From NCBI GenBank assembly GCA_021791895.1, contig JAJYVS010000005.1:16002-80001 (forward strand): a stretch of 64,000 nucleotides of DNA, read 5' to 3'. The translations under genes and the position numbers were made by a program. The stretch is from Actinomycetes bacterium (GTDB lineage: Bacteria; Actinomycetota; Acidimicrobiia; Acidimicrobiales; RAAP-2). Position 1 is the stretch's first letter; each line of letters opens with the position of its first letter. The notes under the pieces are model-generated. The model was not told the DNA's origin and searched no databases. It saw nothing but the letters and a program-made list of their open reading frames with translations. This document shows, one piece after another, positions 47,551 to 61,115 of this stretch.

Positions 47551-48738
47551 ATGACGGCCCGACCGGCGGTCGCCTATCTCGACCATGCCGCCGCCACCCC
47601 GCCGCGACCCGAGGCCCTCGAGGCGATGGCCGCCGTCGAAGCGGACGGGTTCGCCAACGCCTCGGGATCGCACCGCCTCGCCCGGGAGGCCCGCCGGGCG
47701 GTGGAAGAGGCGCGCGACCTCGTCGCCGGGTTCGTGGGTGCTCGTCCGTCCGAGGTCGTGTTCACCTCGGGCGGAACCGAGTCGGACAATCTCGCCGTCC
47801 TGGGCACGCTCACCGAGCGGACCGGCGCGCTGGAGCCGGTGGGTGCGGTGTGCTCGGCGATCGAGCACGCAGCGGTGCTCGCCCCGATGCGCGCCGCGGC
47901 GCGCGGCGCGGCGCGTCTCCTCGGGGTCGGGGCCGTCAAGCTCACCGAAGTCGGCGCGACCCCAGAGGGCATGATCGACCTCGACGCGCTGGCCCTTGCG
48001 CTCGGGCCGGACACCGCACTGGTCTCGGTGATGACGGCGAACAACGAGGTGGGCACGGTGCAACCGATCGATGCCGTCGCTGGACTGGTGCGAGCCCGTG
48101 CCCCACGGGCGCTCCTGCACACCGACGCGGTCCAGGCGGCCCCCTACCTCGACCTGGCCGAGGTGGTCGGCCCCTGCGACCTGATCGCGCTCAGTGCCCA
48201 CAAACTGGGCGGACCGAAGGGGGTGGGGGCGCTCGTCGTCCGGGCCCCCCACAGGGTGGCCCCCATCCTCCACGGCGGCGGCCAGGAGCACGAGCGCAGG
48301 AGCGGCACCCACAACGTGGCCGGCATCGTCGGGTTCGCGGCGGCGCTGGCCGCGCTGGACGCAGAGCGGGAGGCCGAGGCAGCGCGCGTCGGCCGGCTGC
48401 GCGACGCCTTCGCCGACGCGGTGCTGGCGTCGGTCCCCGACACGACCGAGAGCGCCCCGAGGAGGGCGACCCTGCCTGGCCACTGTCACCTCCGTTTCGC
48501 CCGGGTCGAGCAGGAGGAGCTGCTCATGCTCCTGGACCGGGGGGGCGTCTACGCCTCGGCCGGTTCGGCCTGCGCGAGCGGGGCCGTCGAGCCGAGCCAC
48601 GTCCTCCTGGCCATGGGGCTCGACCCGCTCGAGGCCCGAGGCGGCGTCCGGTTCACGCTCGGCCGCACCACCACCGAGGCCGAGGTGCTGGGCGCGGTGG
48701 GCGTGGTGGCCGACGCCGTCGCCCGCCTGCGCGCCTGA
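47551..48738 (+). CDS. iscS: Cysteine desulfurase (IscS/NifS type)
   Basis: YLDHAAATP, FTSGGTESDN, HTDAVQA, SAHKLGGPKG and SAGSAC; lies before mnmA. Confidence 0.88.
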   Translation: MTARPAVAYLDHAAATPPRPEALEAMAAVEADGFANASGSHRLAREARRAVEEARDLVAGFVGARPSEVVFTSGGTESDNLAVLGTLTERTGALEPVGAVCSAIEHAAVLAPMRAAARGAARLLGVGAVKLTEVGATPEGMIDLDALALALGPDTALVSVMTANNEVGTVQPIDAVAGLVRARAPRALLHTDAVQAAPYLDLAEVVGPCDLIALSAHKLGGPKGVGALVVRAPHRVAPILHGGGQEHERRSGTHNVAGIVGFAAALAALDAEREAEAARVGRLRDAFADAVLASVPDTTESAPRRATLPGHCHLRFARVEQEELLMLLDRGGVYASAGSACASGAVEPSHVLLAMGLDPLEARGGVRFTLGRTTTEAEVLGAVGVVADAVARLRA

Positions 48739-48782
48739 GGGGACCGGCCGGCCCGGGCGCCGGCCGATGGCAGACTGCGTCG

Positions 48783-51943
<3,161 letters not shown>

Positions 51944-52015
51944 GACCGGTCGCGACGGCGCTGGCCGAGGTGCCCGAAGGTGGGGGTGGGCCCAAGTAGC
52001 CTGGGGTCCGTTCCG

Positions 52016-53965
52016 ATGCCGCTCATCACCGACGCCATCGGCCGGGTCCTCGGGGGGCGTTACCGGCTCGTCTCGCCCCTCGGAGTGGGAGCATCGGCCC
52101 AGGTCTTCCTGGCCGAGGACGTCTCCTTGCAGCGCCACGTGGCCATCAAGCTCCTCCAGCCCGGGCTGGCGTCGGACCAGGGCTTTTTGAAGCGGTTCCG
52201 GGCCGAGGCCCGGGCGGCCGCGGGGCTGAACAACCCTCACATCGCCCGGGTCTTCGACTGGGGCGAGGACGGTACCGAGCCCTATCTCGTGCTCGAGTAC
52301 CTGGGTGGCGGGAGCCTGCTCGACCTCTTGGAACGGGGGGTCCGGCTCTCGGTGCCCCAGGCGACGGCCCTTGCCGCTCAGGCGGCCCGGGGCCTCGCCC
52401 ACGCCCACGCCCGGGGGATCATCCATCGCGACGTGAAGCCGGCCAACCTGCTCTTCGACGACGAGGGCCGGGTCCGGGTGGCCGACTTCGGGGTGGCCCG
52501 GGCCCTCGCCGAGGGAGCCTGGACCGAACCGGCCGGCTCCGGTGTCATCGGCACCGCCCGGTACGCCGCTCCCGAGCAGGCGCAGGGGGTCGTGTTGGAC
52601 GGACGGGCCGACGTCTATGCCCTGGCCCTCTGCATCTTCGAAGCGCTGACCGGCTACGTGCCCTTCGTCCTCGACACCCCGATGGGGACGCTCGCCGCCC
52701 GAATCGGCGCCAGCCTGCCCGGTCACGGGGCGGTCGGCCCGCTCCAACCCATCCTCTCGGCCGCCGCCGCGCCGGACGTGTCGGAGCGCCCCGACGCCGC
52801 TTCGCTCGCGGCGCAGCTCGAGTCGCTGGCGGCCAGGTTGCCCAGACCCCAGGCCCTCCCCCTCCCCCACACCGTCAGGCCCTGGACCGAAGGCCCCCCG
52901 ACGTTGGCGGGGCCGGGTGCCGGGACGGCAATCCCGGTCGGGCCGGGCGAGCAGACCGGGCTGCTGGCGACGCCGGCTCGGGCCGGGCCGGGCGAGGTAT
53001 TCGACCTCGACCAGGTCGAGGCCACGGCCAGACGCCCCCGCCCCAGCGCGTCGCGCCGTGAGCGGGTGCCGCGGCGCTGGCCGCTCGTCGTGATCTTCCT
53101 CGTCGTCCTGGCCCTGGTCGCCACCGGCCTGGTGATCGCCCTGCGCAAGGGGGTCTTCACGCCCACGCATCCGGTGCCGGCGGTCACCGGGATGACGCTG
53201 GCGCGGGCCCGCCAAACGGCGGCCAAGGACCACTTCACCCTGACCACCGGGATCCCGGTCGCCTCGGTCTCGGTGCGGGCGGGCCGCGTGGTCGACCAGG
53301 ACCCGCGAGCCGGGTCCGAGCTCAAGCAGGGTGGGACGGTCCGGGTCGTGGTCTCAAGCGGTCTCCCGGTCGAGACCATCCCCTCGTTGCGCGGGCTGGG
53401 CTGCAACGGGGCCACCAGGCTGCTCGAGGTCAACCACCTGAAGGCCCAGTGTCCGGCGCTGGCCGCCTACAGCTCTTCGGTGCCGACCGGCGAGGTCATC
53501 AACTGGTCCTATGGCGGCCGGGTGGACCCGACACGAGCCCCCTACGGCGCCACCGTGCTGATCGCACTGAGCAAGGGACCCCAACCCATCACCATCCCCA
53601 ACGTGCAGGGCGACACCTACCAGCAGGCCGCCGCAGCGCTCGGGCAGCTGGGTCTCAGCGTCACCGAGTCCTCCGGTCCGTCGGCCCAGGTCGGCGCGGG
53701 CCTGGTCGGCGCGACCAGCCCGGCGATCGGCGCACAGGTCCCGCCCGGCTCGGCCGTGACCGTGGTCGTGTCCACCGGCCCGCCGACCGTGCAGGTGCCG
53801 AACCTCTCGGGGGACTCGGTCTCGGCCGCCCAGGCCGCCCTCCAGCAGGAGGGCCTCGTCCTCGGGTCGGTCTTCGGCCCGGCCCACGGTACGGTCTTCG
53901 CCACCGTGCCCGAGAGCGGGACCACCGTGCAGGAGGGGACCGCCGTGAACGTCTACACCGCCTGA
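52016..53965 (+). CDS. Membrane Ser/Thr protein kinase with PASTA domains
   Basis: VAIK, HRDVKPANLL, DFG and GTARYAAPE; one TM helix, then about 4 PASTA repeats. Confidence 0.9.
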   Translation: MPLITDAIGRVLGGRYRLVSPLGVGASAQVFLAEDVSLQRHVAIKLLQPGLASDQGFLKRFRAEARAAAGLNNPHIARVFDWGEDGTEPYLVLEYLGGGSLLDLLERGVRLSVPQATALAAQAARGLAHAHARGIIHRDVKPANLLFDDEGRVRVADFGVARALAEGAWTEPAGSGVIGTARYAAPEQAQGVVLDGRADVYALALCIFEALTGYVPFVLDTPMGTLAARIGASLPGHGAVGPLQPILSAAAAPDVSERPDAASLAAQLESLAARLPRPQALPLPHTVRPWTEGPPTLAGPGAGTAIPVGPGEQTGLLATPARAGPGEVFDLDQVEATARRPRPSASRRERVPRRWPLVVIFLVVLALVATGLVIALRKGVFTPTHPVPAVTGMTLARARQTAAKDHFTLTTGIPVASVSVRAGRVVDQDPRAGSELKQGGTVRVVVSSGLPVETIPSLRGLGCNGATRLLEVNHLKAQCPALAAYSSSVPTGEVINWSYGGRVDPTRAPYGATVLIALSKGPQPITIPNVQGDTYQQAAAALGQLGLSVTESSGPSAQVGAGLVGATSPAIGAQVPPGSAVTVVVSTGPPTVQVPNLSGDSVSAAQAALQQEGLVLGSVFGPAHGTVFATVPESGTTVQEGTAVNVYTA

Positions 53966-53981
53966 CCCGAGACCCCCGACC

Positions 53982-54284
53982 GTGAGCACCCGACCCTGTG
54001 AGCTGTGCGAGGCCGCCCGGATGACCGAGTGGTACCACGAGGACGACGTCTGCTGGGTGGCCGACTGCGAGGTGTGCGACGTGCCGATGGTGGTCTGGCG
54101 CGAGCACGGCGCGACGCCGCCGGACGAGGCGCTCGAGCACATGGTGGCCAAGCTGACCGAGGTGGCCGACCGCCGGTTCGGCACCGAGGGCTGGAGCATC
54201 GACCGGGTGATGCGCCAGATCCCCGACCACTTCCACGCTCACGCTCGCGACCCGAACTGGTGGTACCGGAGGTTCGGGCGCTGA
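53982..54284 (+). CDS. Small HIT-like protein with two CxxC motifs
   Basis: CELC, CEVC and a C-terminal HFHAH triad; host-like codon usage. Confidence 0.7.
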   Translation: MSTRPCELCEAARMTEWYHEDDVCWVADCEVCDVPMVVWREHGATPPDEALEHMVAKLTEVADRRFGTEGWSIDRVMRQIPDHFHAHARDPNWWYRRFGR

Positions 54285-54310
54285 ACGGCCCGGTCCGGCC
54301 CGGATGAAGC

Positions 54311-54931
54311 TCAGTCGAAGCTCGGCCGGCGGTCCCGGGTCCGCTTGAGTTCGAAGAATCCCTCGGTCGAGGTCACGGCGAGCACCCCGTCGAACAGGCG
54401 TCCGGCCGCCTCGCCCCGCGGGGTCGGGGTCACCACCGGGCCGAAGAACGCATTGCCCTCCACGCTGATGACCGGGGTCCCGACGTCGAGCCCCACCTGG
54501 CTCATGCCCCGCTCGTGGGAGGCCTTGATCGACTCGTCGAGTTCCGAGCTCGCGGCGGCGTCGAGGATCGAGGGGTCGAGGCCGACCTCGGCGAGCGCCT
54601 CGGCCAGCGCCTCGTCACCGCGCTGCTGGCGGTTGTGGAACCGGACCCCGATGGCGCTGTAGAGGGGGAGCAGGACGTCGTCGCCCTTCTGGGCCGCCGC
54701 GGCGGCGCAGATCCGCACCGGCCCCCAGGCCCGCTCCATCCGTTCGAGGTACTCGGGGCTGAGTCCCTGCCCTTCGTGCTGGGTGAGGTTCAGATAGGCG
54801 AGGGACATGAGGTGCCAGCTGGTCTCGACCGGTCGCACCTGCTCCACCTCGAGCATCCAACGCGAGGTGATCCAGGCCCAAGGGCACACCGGGTCGAACC
54901 AGAAGTCGACGGTGGTTCGTGTTTCGCTCAT
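54311..54931 (-). CDS. DsbA-like mycothiol-dependent reductase (Rv2466c family)
   Basis: DFWFDPVCPWAWITSRW, VGTPVI, AFFGPV and GFFELKRTR; leaderless TACGGT-N6-ATG. Confidence 0.88.
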   Translation of the reverse strand: MSETRTTVDFWFDPVCPWAWITSRWMLEVEQVRPVETSWHLMSLAYLNLTQHEGQGLSPEYLERMERAWGPVRICAAAAAQKGDDVLLPLYSAIGVRFHNRQQRGDEALAEALAEVGLDPSILDAAASSELDESIKASHERGMSQVGLDVGTPVISVEGNAFFGPVVTPTPRGEAAGRLFDGVLAVTSTEGFFELKRTRDRRPSFD

Positions 54932-55004
54932 CGGCCCACCGTACCGGCGAGCTGGTAGTTCGTGCCCGCTCGACCGTCGCAGCCCGGACAGGCAGTCTTC
55001 GGTG

Positions 55005-55529
55005 GTGACCGACGACATCGTCATCCGCCAGGCGACCACGGCCGATCAGGCAGTGGTGGTGGCACTGGTGCGCGACGCCTTCGGCACCGGCGGCCACGAT
55101 CCGGCCGAGGAGGTCGAGATCGTCGTCTCCACCTGGGCGTCGGATCGCCGTCTCGACGAGCTCGAGCTCGTGGCCGAGGTGGACGGAGTGGTCGTCGGGC
55201 ACGTGCTCTGTGCGTTGGGTGACCTCGAGGGCACCGCCCTGCCGAGCGTCGCCCCCCTGGCGGTGGCCCCTACCGCCCAAGGCCGGGGCATCGGCACCGC
55301 GCTCGTGACCGAGGTGGTGCGCCGGGCCGAGACGGCCGGGTACCCGGCGCTGGTCCTCCTCGGGAGCGACCGGTACTACCGGCGGTTCGGATTCGAGCCG
55401 GCCGGGACCGTCGGTGTCGTCTACGCGCCGGTCGGACCGGCGAGCCCGTACTTCCAGATCCGCCGGCTGGCCGGCTTCGGCCCCTCCCTGCGGGGTGAGT
55501 TCGCCTACCACTGGGAACTCGGCCGGTGA
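55005..55529 (+). CDS. GNAT N-acetyltransferase (YhbS-like)
   Basis: VVGHV, APLAVAP..QGRGIG and LLGSDRYYRRFGF. Confidence 0.85.
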   Translation: MTDDIVIRQATTADQAVVVALVRDAFGTGGHDPAEEVEIVVSTWASDRRLDELELVAEVDGVVVGHVLCALGDLEGTALPSVAPLAVAPTAQGRGIGTALVTEVVRRAETAGYPALVLLGSDRYYRRFGFEPAGTVGVVYAPVGPASPYFQIRRLAGFGPSLRGEFAYHWELGR

Positions 55530-55592
55530 GGGCGGACCCGAGGGGCGGGGGTGAGCCCGACGGACCTCGCAGGGACACCATCGCCCCCCTCG

Positions 55593-55763
55593 TCAGGACG
55601 CCGTCGGCATGTCCCTTCCCGAGTCGTAGCTCGTCGGCGGCTTTCCGGCGTCGATGGCGGCGGCATGCTCGTCGCACACCTTCACGCTGAAGTTGCCGGT
55701 CCCCGGACGGGTCCGACGGAGGGCCGTGGCGTCCTTCTCGCAATCCTTTGCTTGACACTTCAT
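55593..55763 (-). CDS. 56-aa Cys/His (putative zinc-binding) microprotein
   Basis: Below the ORF-track cutoff. MKCQAKDCEKDATALRRTRPGTGNFSVKVCDEHAAAIDAGKPPTSYDSGRDMPTAS*, with an AGAGGA RBS and C-x4-C...C-x2-H. Confidence 0.6.
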   Translation of the reverse strand: MKCQAKDCEKDATALRRTRPGTGNFSVKVCDEHAAAIDAGKPPTSYDSGRDMPTAS

Positions 55764-56043
55764 GATCGGTTCCTCTGGGATGACCCCCTGTCCTGATGCC
55801 GAAGGATCGGCTCCGCCCTGGACCGGCCGGCAATGACGGCCCCGGCAACGTCGTAGCTCGTATCGGTTCGATCGAACAGGGCCTCAGGTCCAGAGCGTAG
55901 GAACCAACTCGACCGCGCGGACGTCACCCCCGTGCCGTCGGCCTGACGGTCGTCAAGCCGGAGGGCCCCGGGGCGAGCACTCCACGGCGTCTCCTTCGGC
56001 CCTGGCGTCCCCGGTGGTCACGATCGGTGCCACACCACCGAGT

Positions 56044-56079
56044 GACGAAGACGACGAGGACGACGAAGACGACGAAGCA
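56044..56079 (+). repeat. Four copies of a 9-nt unit, GACGA(A/G)G(AC/CA)
   Basis: gacgaagac gacgaggac gacgaagac gacgaagca. Confidence 0.7.
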
Positions 56080-56225
56080 GAAAGGTACGGGGGTTCCGGC
56101 ACGCGTCCCGCGGTCGATCGAGTGACGGCCATGTGACCTTCGGCTCTGGAAGGAAGTCGTCGATCGGGGCTAACGCGAACGGAAGCAGGTGATGCGAGGC
56201 GAGTACCAAGTACCTTTCAAACGCT

Positions 56226-56549
56226 GTGATCGTCCCTTTTGGCGGATCCCTGGCTGTTTTGAGCATGGGTCTTCCATTGGCGACCGCGGTTGTCTGGGTC
56301 GCTTTTGGCATTGCGATCGGCGTCCTCGCCGTCTCGGTCGTGGTTCAGCTCGATACCCGTCGAGGAGGCGTGCAGCGGTTGTTCGATCTGCTCGTGACGG
56401 CCACCGGCGGGACCCTGCTCGGCGTGAGCGTGGCCTTCGGTGGCACCCCCGATGTTGCCGGGGGCCGGTCAGACGCCGAGACGGCGGCCGAGATCCTCCC
56501 GTCGACTTCTCGTCGGCGTCGCCCTCAACGATGGAGCGCCTGGACGTAG
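56226..56549 (+). other. Possible small membrane protein or remnant
   Basis: Two to three hydrophobic segments but low third-position GC. An in-frame stop lies just upstream, and the 3' end overlaps the GNAT gene. Confidence 0.3.
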
Positions 56550-56992
56550 ATCGCGCACGGGTTCCCCGGGTGCCAACCAGGGAGGGGGTTGATCACGTCC
56601 AACTTGAAGAACCCCCGACGCTCCCAGAAGGCCACCGTCACGACATAGGGCTCGTAATCGGCGCTCTCGTCGAGGGTCTTCACCTCGAGCAACTCGACCC
56701 CCTCGCGCCCCAGCGCGCCGATGACCTCGTTGACGAGGGCGGTTCCGAGCCCCCCACCGCGATGCTCGGCCTGGACCGCCGCCCACAAGATCTCGGCCGT
56801 CTTCGCCGAGCGTCGCTCGACCATCACCATGCCGAGCACCCGGTCTTCGCGTTCGCCCACCCACGTGGCGCAACGAGTCCAGTCCGATCGGACCTTGTCG
56901 GGGACGTCCGGCGTGAAGTAGTCGGGGAGCGTTCGGACGATCTCCACACAGCGCTCCAGGTCCTTGCGGCCGGCGAGCCGGATCGCGTCCAT
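56525..56992 (-). CDS. GNAT N-acetyltransferase
   Basis: LPDYFT, AEILWAAV..EHRGGGLG, LEVKTL and FWERRGF. Confidence 0.85.
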   Translation of the reverse strand: MDAIRLAGRKDLERCVEIVRTLPDYFTPDVPDKVRSDWTRCATWVGEREDRVLGMVMVERRSAKTAEILWAAVQAEHRGGGLGTALVNEVIGALGREGVELLEVKTLDESADYEPYVVTVAFWERRGFFKLDVINPLPGWHPGNPCAIYVQALHR

Positions 56993-57167
56993 GGATCGAT
57001 TCTGCCTCGGCCCCCGGAGATGGGGACCGGGTTTTGAGCGCACTCCGCCCCCAGATAGCCTGAGCGCCGAGCGTCGGGCCCGCACCACCACCGAGGGCCG
57101 GTCCTGCGCGCTCGTCGGTGCCGCGGACCGCCGGCCCGTCGAAGACCGAGGAACGGAGCGAAGGATC

Positions 57168-58055
57168 ATGGGTGCACTGGACGGCCGGGTGGCCATCATC
57201 ACGGGGGCGGGGCGGGGGATCGGCCGGGAGCACGCCCTGCTGTTCGCGTCCGAAGGGGCGAAGGTCGTCGTGAACGACCTCGGCGGCGCCATCGACGGGA
57301 GCGGCGACGATCGGTCCCCAGCGGAGCAGGTCGTCGACGAGATCAAGGCCATGGGCGGCGAGGCCGTGGCCAACGGTGACAACGTCGCCGACTGGGAGGG
57401 GGGCAAGCGCCTGGTCGAATCGGCCGTCGAGGCGTTCGGCGCCCTGCACATCCTGGTGAACAACGCCGGGATCCTGCGCGACCGCGTCCTCATCAACATG
57501 ACCGAGGACGAGTGGGACTCGGTGATCCACGTCCACTTGAAGGGCCACTTCGTGCCGACCCGTCACGCCGCCGCCTACTGGCGGGAGCTGTCCAAGGAGG
57601 GCAAAGAGGTCAAGGCGGCGGTCATCAACACCTCGTCGACCTCGGGCCTGCTCGGCAACCCGGGTCAGACCAACTACGGGGCCGCCAAGGCCGGGATCGC
57701 CGCCTTCACCGTCATCGCCGCCCAGGAGCTGTCCCGCTACGGGGTTCGGGTGAACGCCATCGCGCCGGCGGCCCGGACCCGGATGACCGAGAGCACCCCG
57801 GGCCTCTCCGAGGTGATCAAGGCGCCCGAGTCCGGGGCGTTCGACGTCTGGGACCCGGCCAACATCTCACCGCTGGTCGCCTACCTCGGCACCGAGGACT
57901 GCCCGGCCACCGGGAAAGTGTTCTTCGTCCAGGGGGGCGTGGTCCGGCTGTTCCAGCCCTGGACCATGACCGAGACCATCGACAAGAAGGACCGCTGGAA
58001 CGTGGCGGAGCTCGGGACCGAGATGGCGAAGCTCGGAGTGGCCGCTACGCAGTGA
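57168..58055 (+). CDS. SDR oxidoreductase (MFE-2/3-hydroxyacyl-CoA dehydrogenase-like)
   Basis: TGAGRGIG, VVNDLGG, NNAGILRD and GQTNYGAAK. Confidence 0.9.
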   Translation: MGALDGRVAIITGAGRGIGREHALLFASEGAKVVVNDLGGAIDGSGDDRSPAEQVVDEIKAMGGEAVANGDNVADWEGGKRLVESAVEAFGALHILVNNAGILRDRVLINMTEDEWDSVIHVHLKGHFVPTRHAAAYWRELSKEGKEVKAAVINTSSTSGLLGNPGQTNYGAAKAGIAAFTVIAAQELSRYGVRVNAIAPAARTRMTESTPGLSEVIKAPESGAFDVWDPANISPLVAYLGTEDCPATGKVFFVQGGVVRLFQPWTMTETIDKKDRWNVAELGTEMAKLGVAATQ

Positions 58056-58446
58056 TCTCTCGGATCCGGGCGGCCAACTCCTCGGCGTCCCCGAGCGGGG
58101 CGGTCCCCTGGAGCGAGAGCAGCTTGGCCATGTCGCCGTCGACCCGGACCTTGCCGGCCATGAACGCGGACATCGCCGCCTGGCTGTTGCCCTCCACGAA
58201 GAGGGCCTTGGCCGTCTCGTAGTCCAGCGTCACCGTGAGGTCGGGGTCGGCGAGATGGCCGCGTTCGATGTCCGGTTCGCCCCCCGAGGTGTCGATGTGG
58301 GCGTCGAGCGGGTTGCCCTCGGGGACCTCGGTGATGACCAGGTTCATCTTGACCGGGTTCTCGGCCGGCACCGAGAGTCGGCCGAACTCGGCGCGGATCC
58401 GCCGCGCCTCGACGACCCACTCCTCGCTCAGGAACTGGAACGTCAT
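58045..58446 (-). CDS. SCP2 sterol-binding domain protein
   Basis: FLSEEW, PDLTVT and AFMAGKVRVDGDMAKL. Confidence 0.85.
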   Translation of the reverse strand: MTFQFLSEEWVVEARRIRAEFGRLSVPAENPVKMNLVITEVPEGNPLDAHIDTSGGEPDIERGHLADPDLTVTLDYETAKALFVEGNSQAAMSAFMAGKVRVDGDMAKLLSLQGTAPLGDAEELAARIREITA

Positions 58447-58585
58447 GGGCTCTCCTTGGCCCGGCGCGCCCGGTGGCGGCGGTGGGTCGGCGCCAGCAGG
58501 TTAACCGCCGCGCCGGTCTCCGCTCCGGCGGGGCGGGTCCGACCCGGCGGCAGGCCCCGCTCGCGACCCGGGTAGCATCGCTCCG

Positions 58586-59347
58586 GTGAGCGCTCCCGTT
58601 CTGGCAGGTGCCGAGCCCTTTTCCGCCGCCGGGGGCCCGGCCGGGGCGCTGGTCGTCCACGGCTTCACCGGCAACCCCCACTCCATGCGCCCCCTCGCCA
58701 GCGCGCTGGCCGTGGCCGGCCTCAGCGTCGAGGTTCCCCTCCTGCCGGGTCACGGCACCTCGGTGCAGGACATGGTCCCGACCCGTTGGGCCGACTGGTC
58801 GGGCGCGGTGGAAGAGGCGTACGCCGAGCTCTCGGCGCGCTGCTCGAAGGTTGCGGTGGTCGGCCTGTCCATGGGCGGCACGCTGTCGTGCTGGCTGGCC
58901 GAGCGCCACGACGAGATCGCTGGGTTGGTCCTCGTCAACCCGCTGGTGCGCTCGATCACTCCCGACCAGGTCGCGGCGGTCCGGTCCCTCGTCGAGGCGG
59001 GCGAGACGCTGCTGGACGGCATCGGCTCGGACATCGCCGATCCGAGCGTGACCGAGCTGTCCTACGATCGGACGCCGCTCGAGCCCCTGCTCTCGCTGCT
59101 TAATGGGGCCGAGGAGGTGGGCTCGGGCCTGGACCGCATCAGGTGTCCGGTGCTGCTCTTCTCCAGCCGGGACGACCATGTCGTGTCGCCGGACAACGGC
59201 GACGCTGTCGCCGGTGCCTTGGGCGGGCTTTGCGAGCGGGTCTGGCTCGAGCGGAGCTACCACGTGGCCACCCTCGACTACGACCGGGACGAGATCGAGA
59301 AGCGGGCGACGGAGTTCGTGCTCTGGGTCACCGCCAGCGGCCGGTGA
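58586..59347 (+). CDS. Carboxylesterase / monoacylglycerol lipase (alpha/beta hydrolase)
   Basis: HGFTG, LPGHG, GLSMGG, DHVV and SYHVATLD; leaderless TAGCAT-N7-GTG. Confidence 0.88.
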   Translation: MSAPVLAGAEPFSAAGGPAGALVVHGFTGNPHSMRPLASALAVAGLSVEVPLLPGHGTSVQDMVPTRWADWSGAVEEAYAELSARCSKVAVVGLSMGGTLSCWLAERHDEIAGLVLVNPLVRSITPDQVAAVRSLVEAGETLLDGIGSDIADPSVTELSYDRTPLEPLLSLLNGAEEVGSGLDRIRCPVLLFSSRDDHVVSPDNGDAVAGALGGLCERVWLERSYHVATLDYDRDEIEKRATEFVLWVTASGR

Positions 59348-59672
59348 CGCCCGGCGGCGCCGGGCGAGCATCGAGACCCCCGGCGATCGGCCCCGAGCAG
59401 GTCCGCCACGTCGCCAGGCTGGCCCGCCTCGACCTCGAAGACGAGGAGCTGGCCCGCTTCACGAGCCAGCTCGCCTCGGTGCTCGACTACGCGGCCGAAC
59501 TGGCGGAGCTCGACGTGGAGGAGCTCCAGCCGATGTCCCACCCGCTCCCGCTGCGCAACGTCCTGCGCGAGGACGAGCCGAGCCCCCAGGTGGAGCGGGA
59601 CGAGGTCCTGGCGGAGGCACCGGCGGCCGAGAGCGGGCGCTTCCGGGTGCCGCGAATCCTCTCGGAGGAGGG

Positions 59673-59676
<4 letters not shown>
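59344..59676 (+). CDS. gatC: Asp/Glu-tRNA amidotransferase subunit C
   Basis: [18 protein letters not shown] and FRVPRIL; start approximate. Confidence 0.92.

Positions 59677-61111
<1,435 letters not shown>

Positions 61112-61115
<4 letters not shown>

Noticed and set aside
56044..56079. CRISPR-like array
   Set aside because: Contiguous 9-nt units without spacers, and no cas genes in the window.
57014..57024. CCGGAGATGGG shared with 33860-33870
   Set aside because: An 11-nt match with no extended similarity is plausible by chance in 64 kb of GC-rich DNA.
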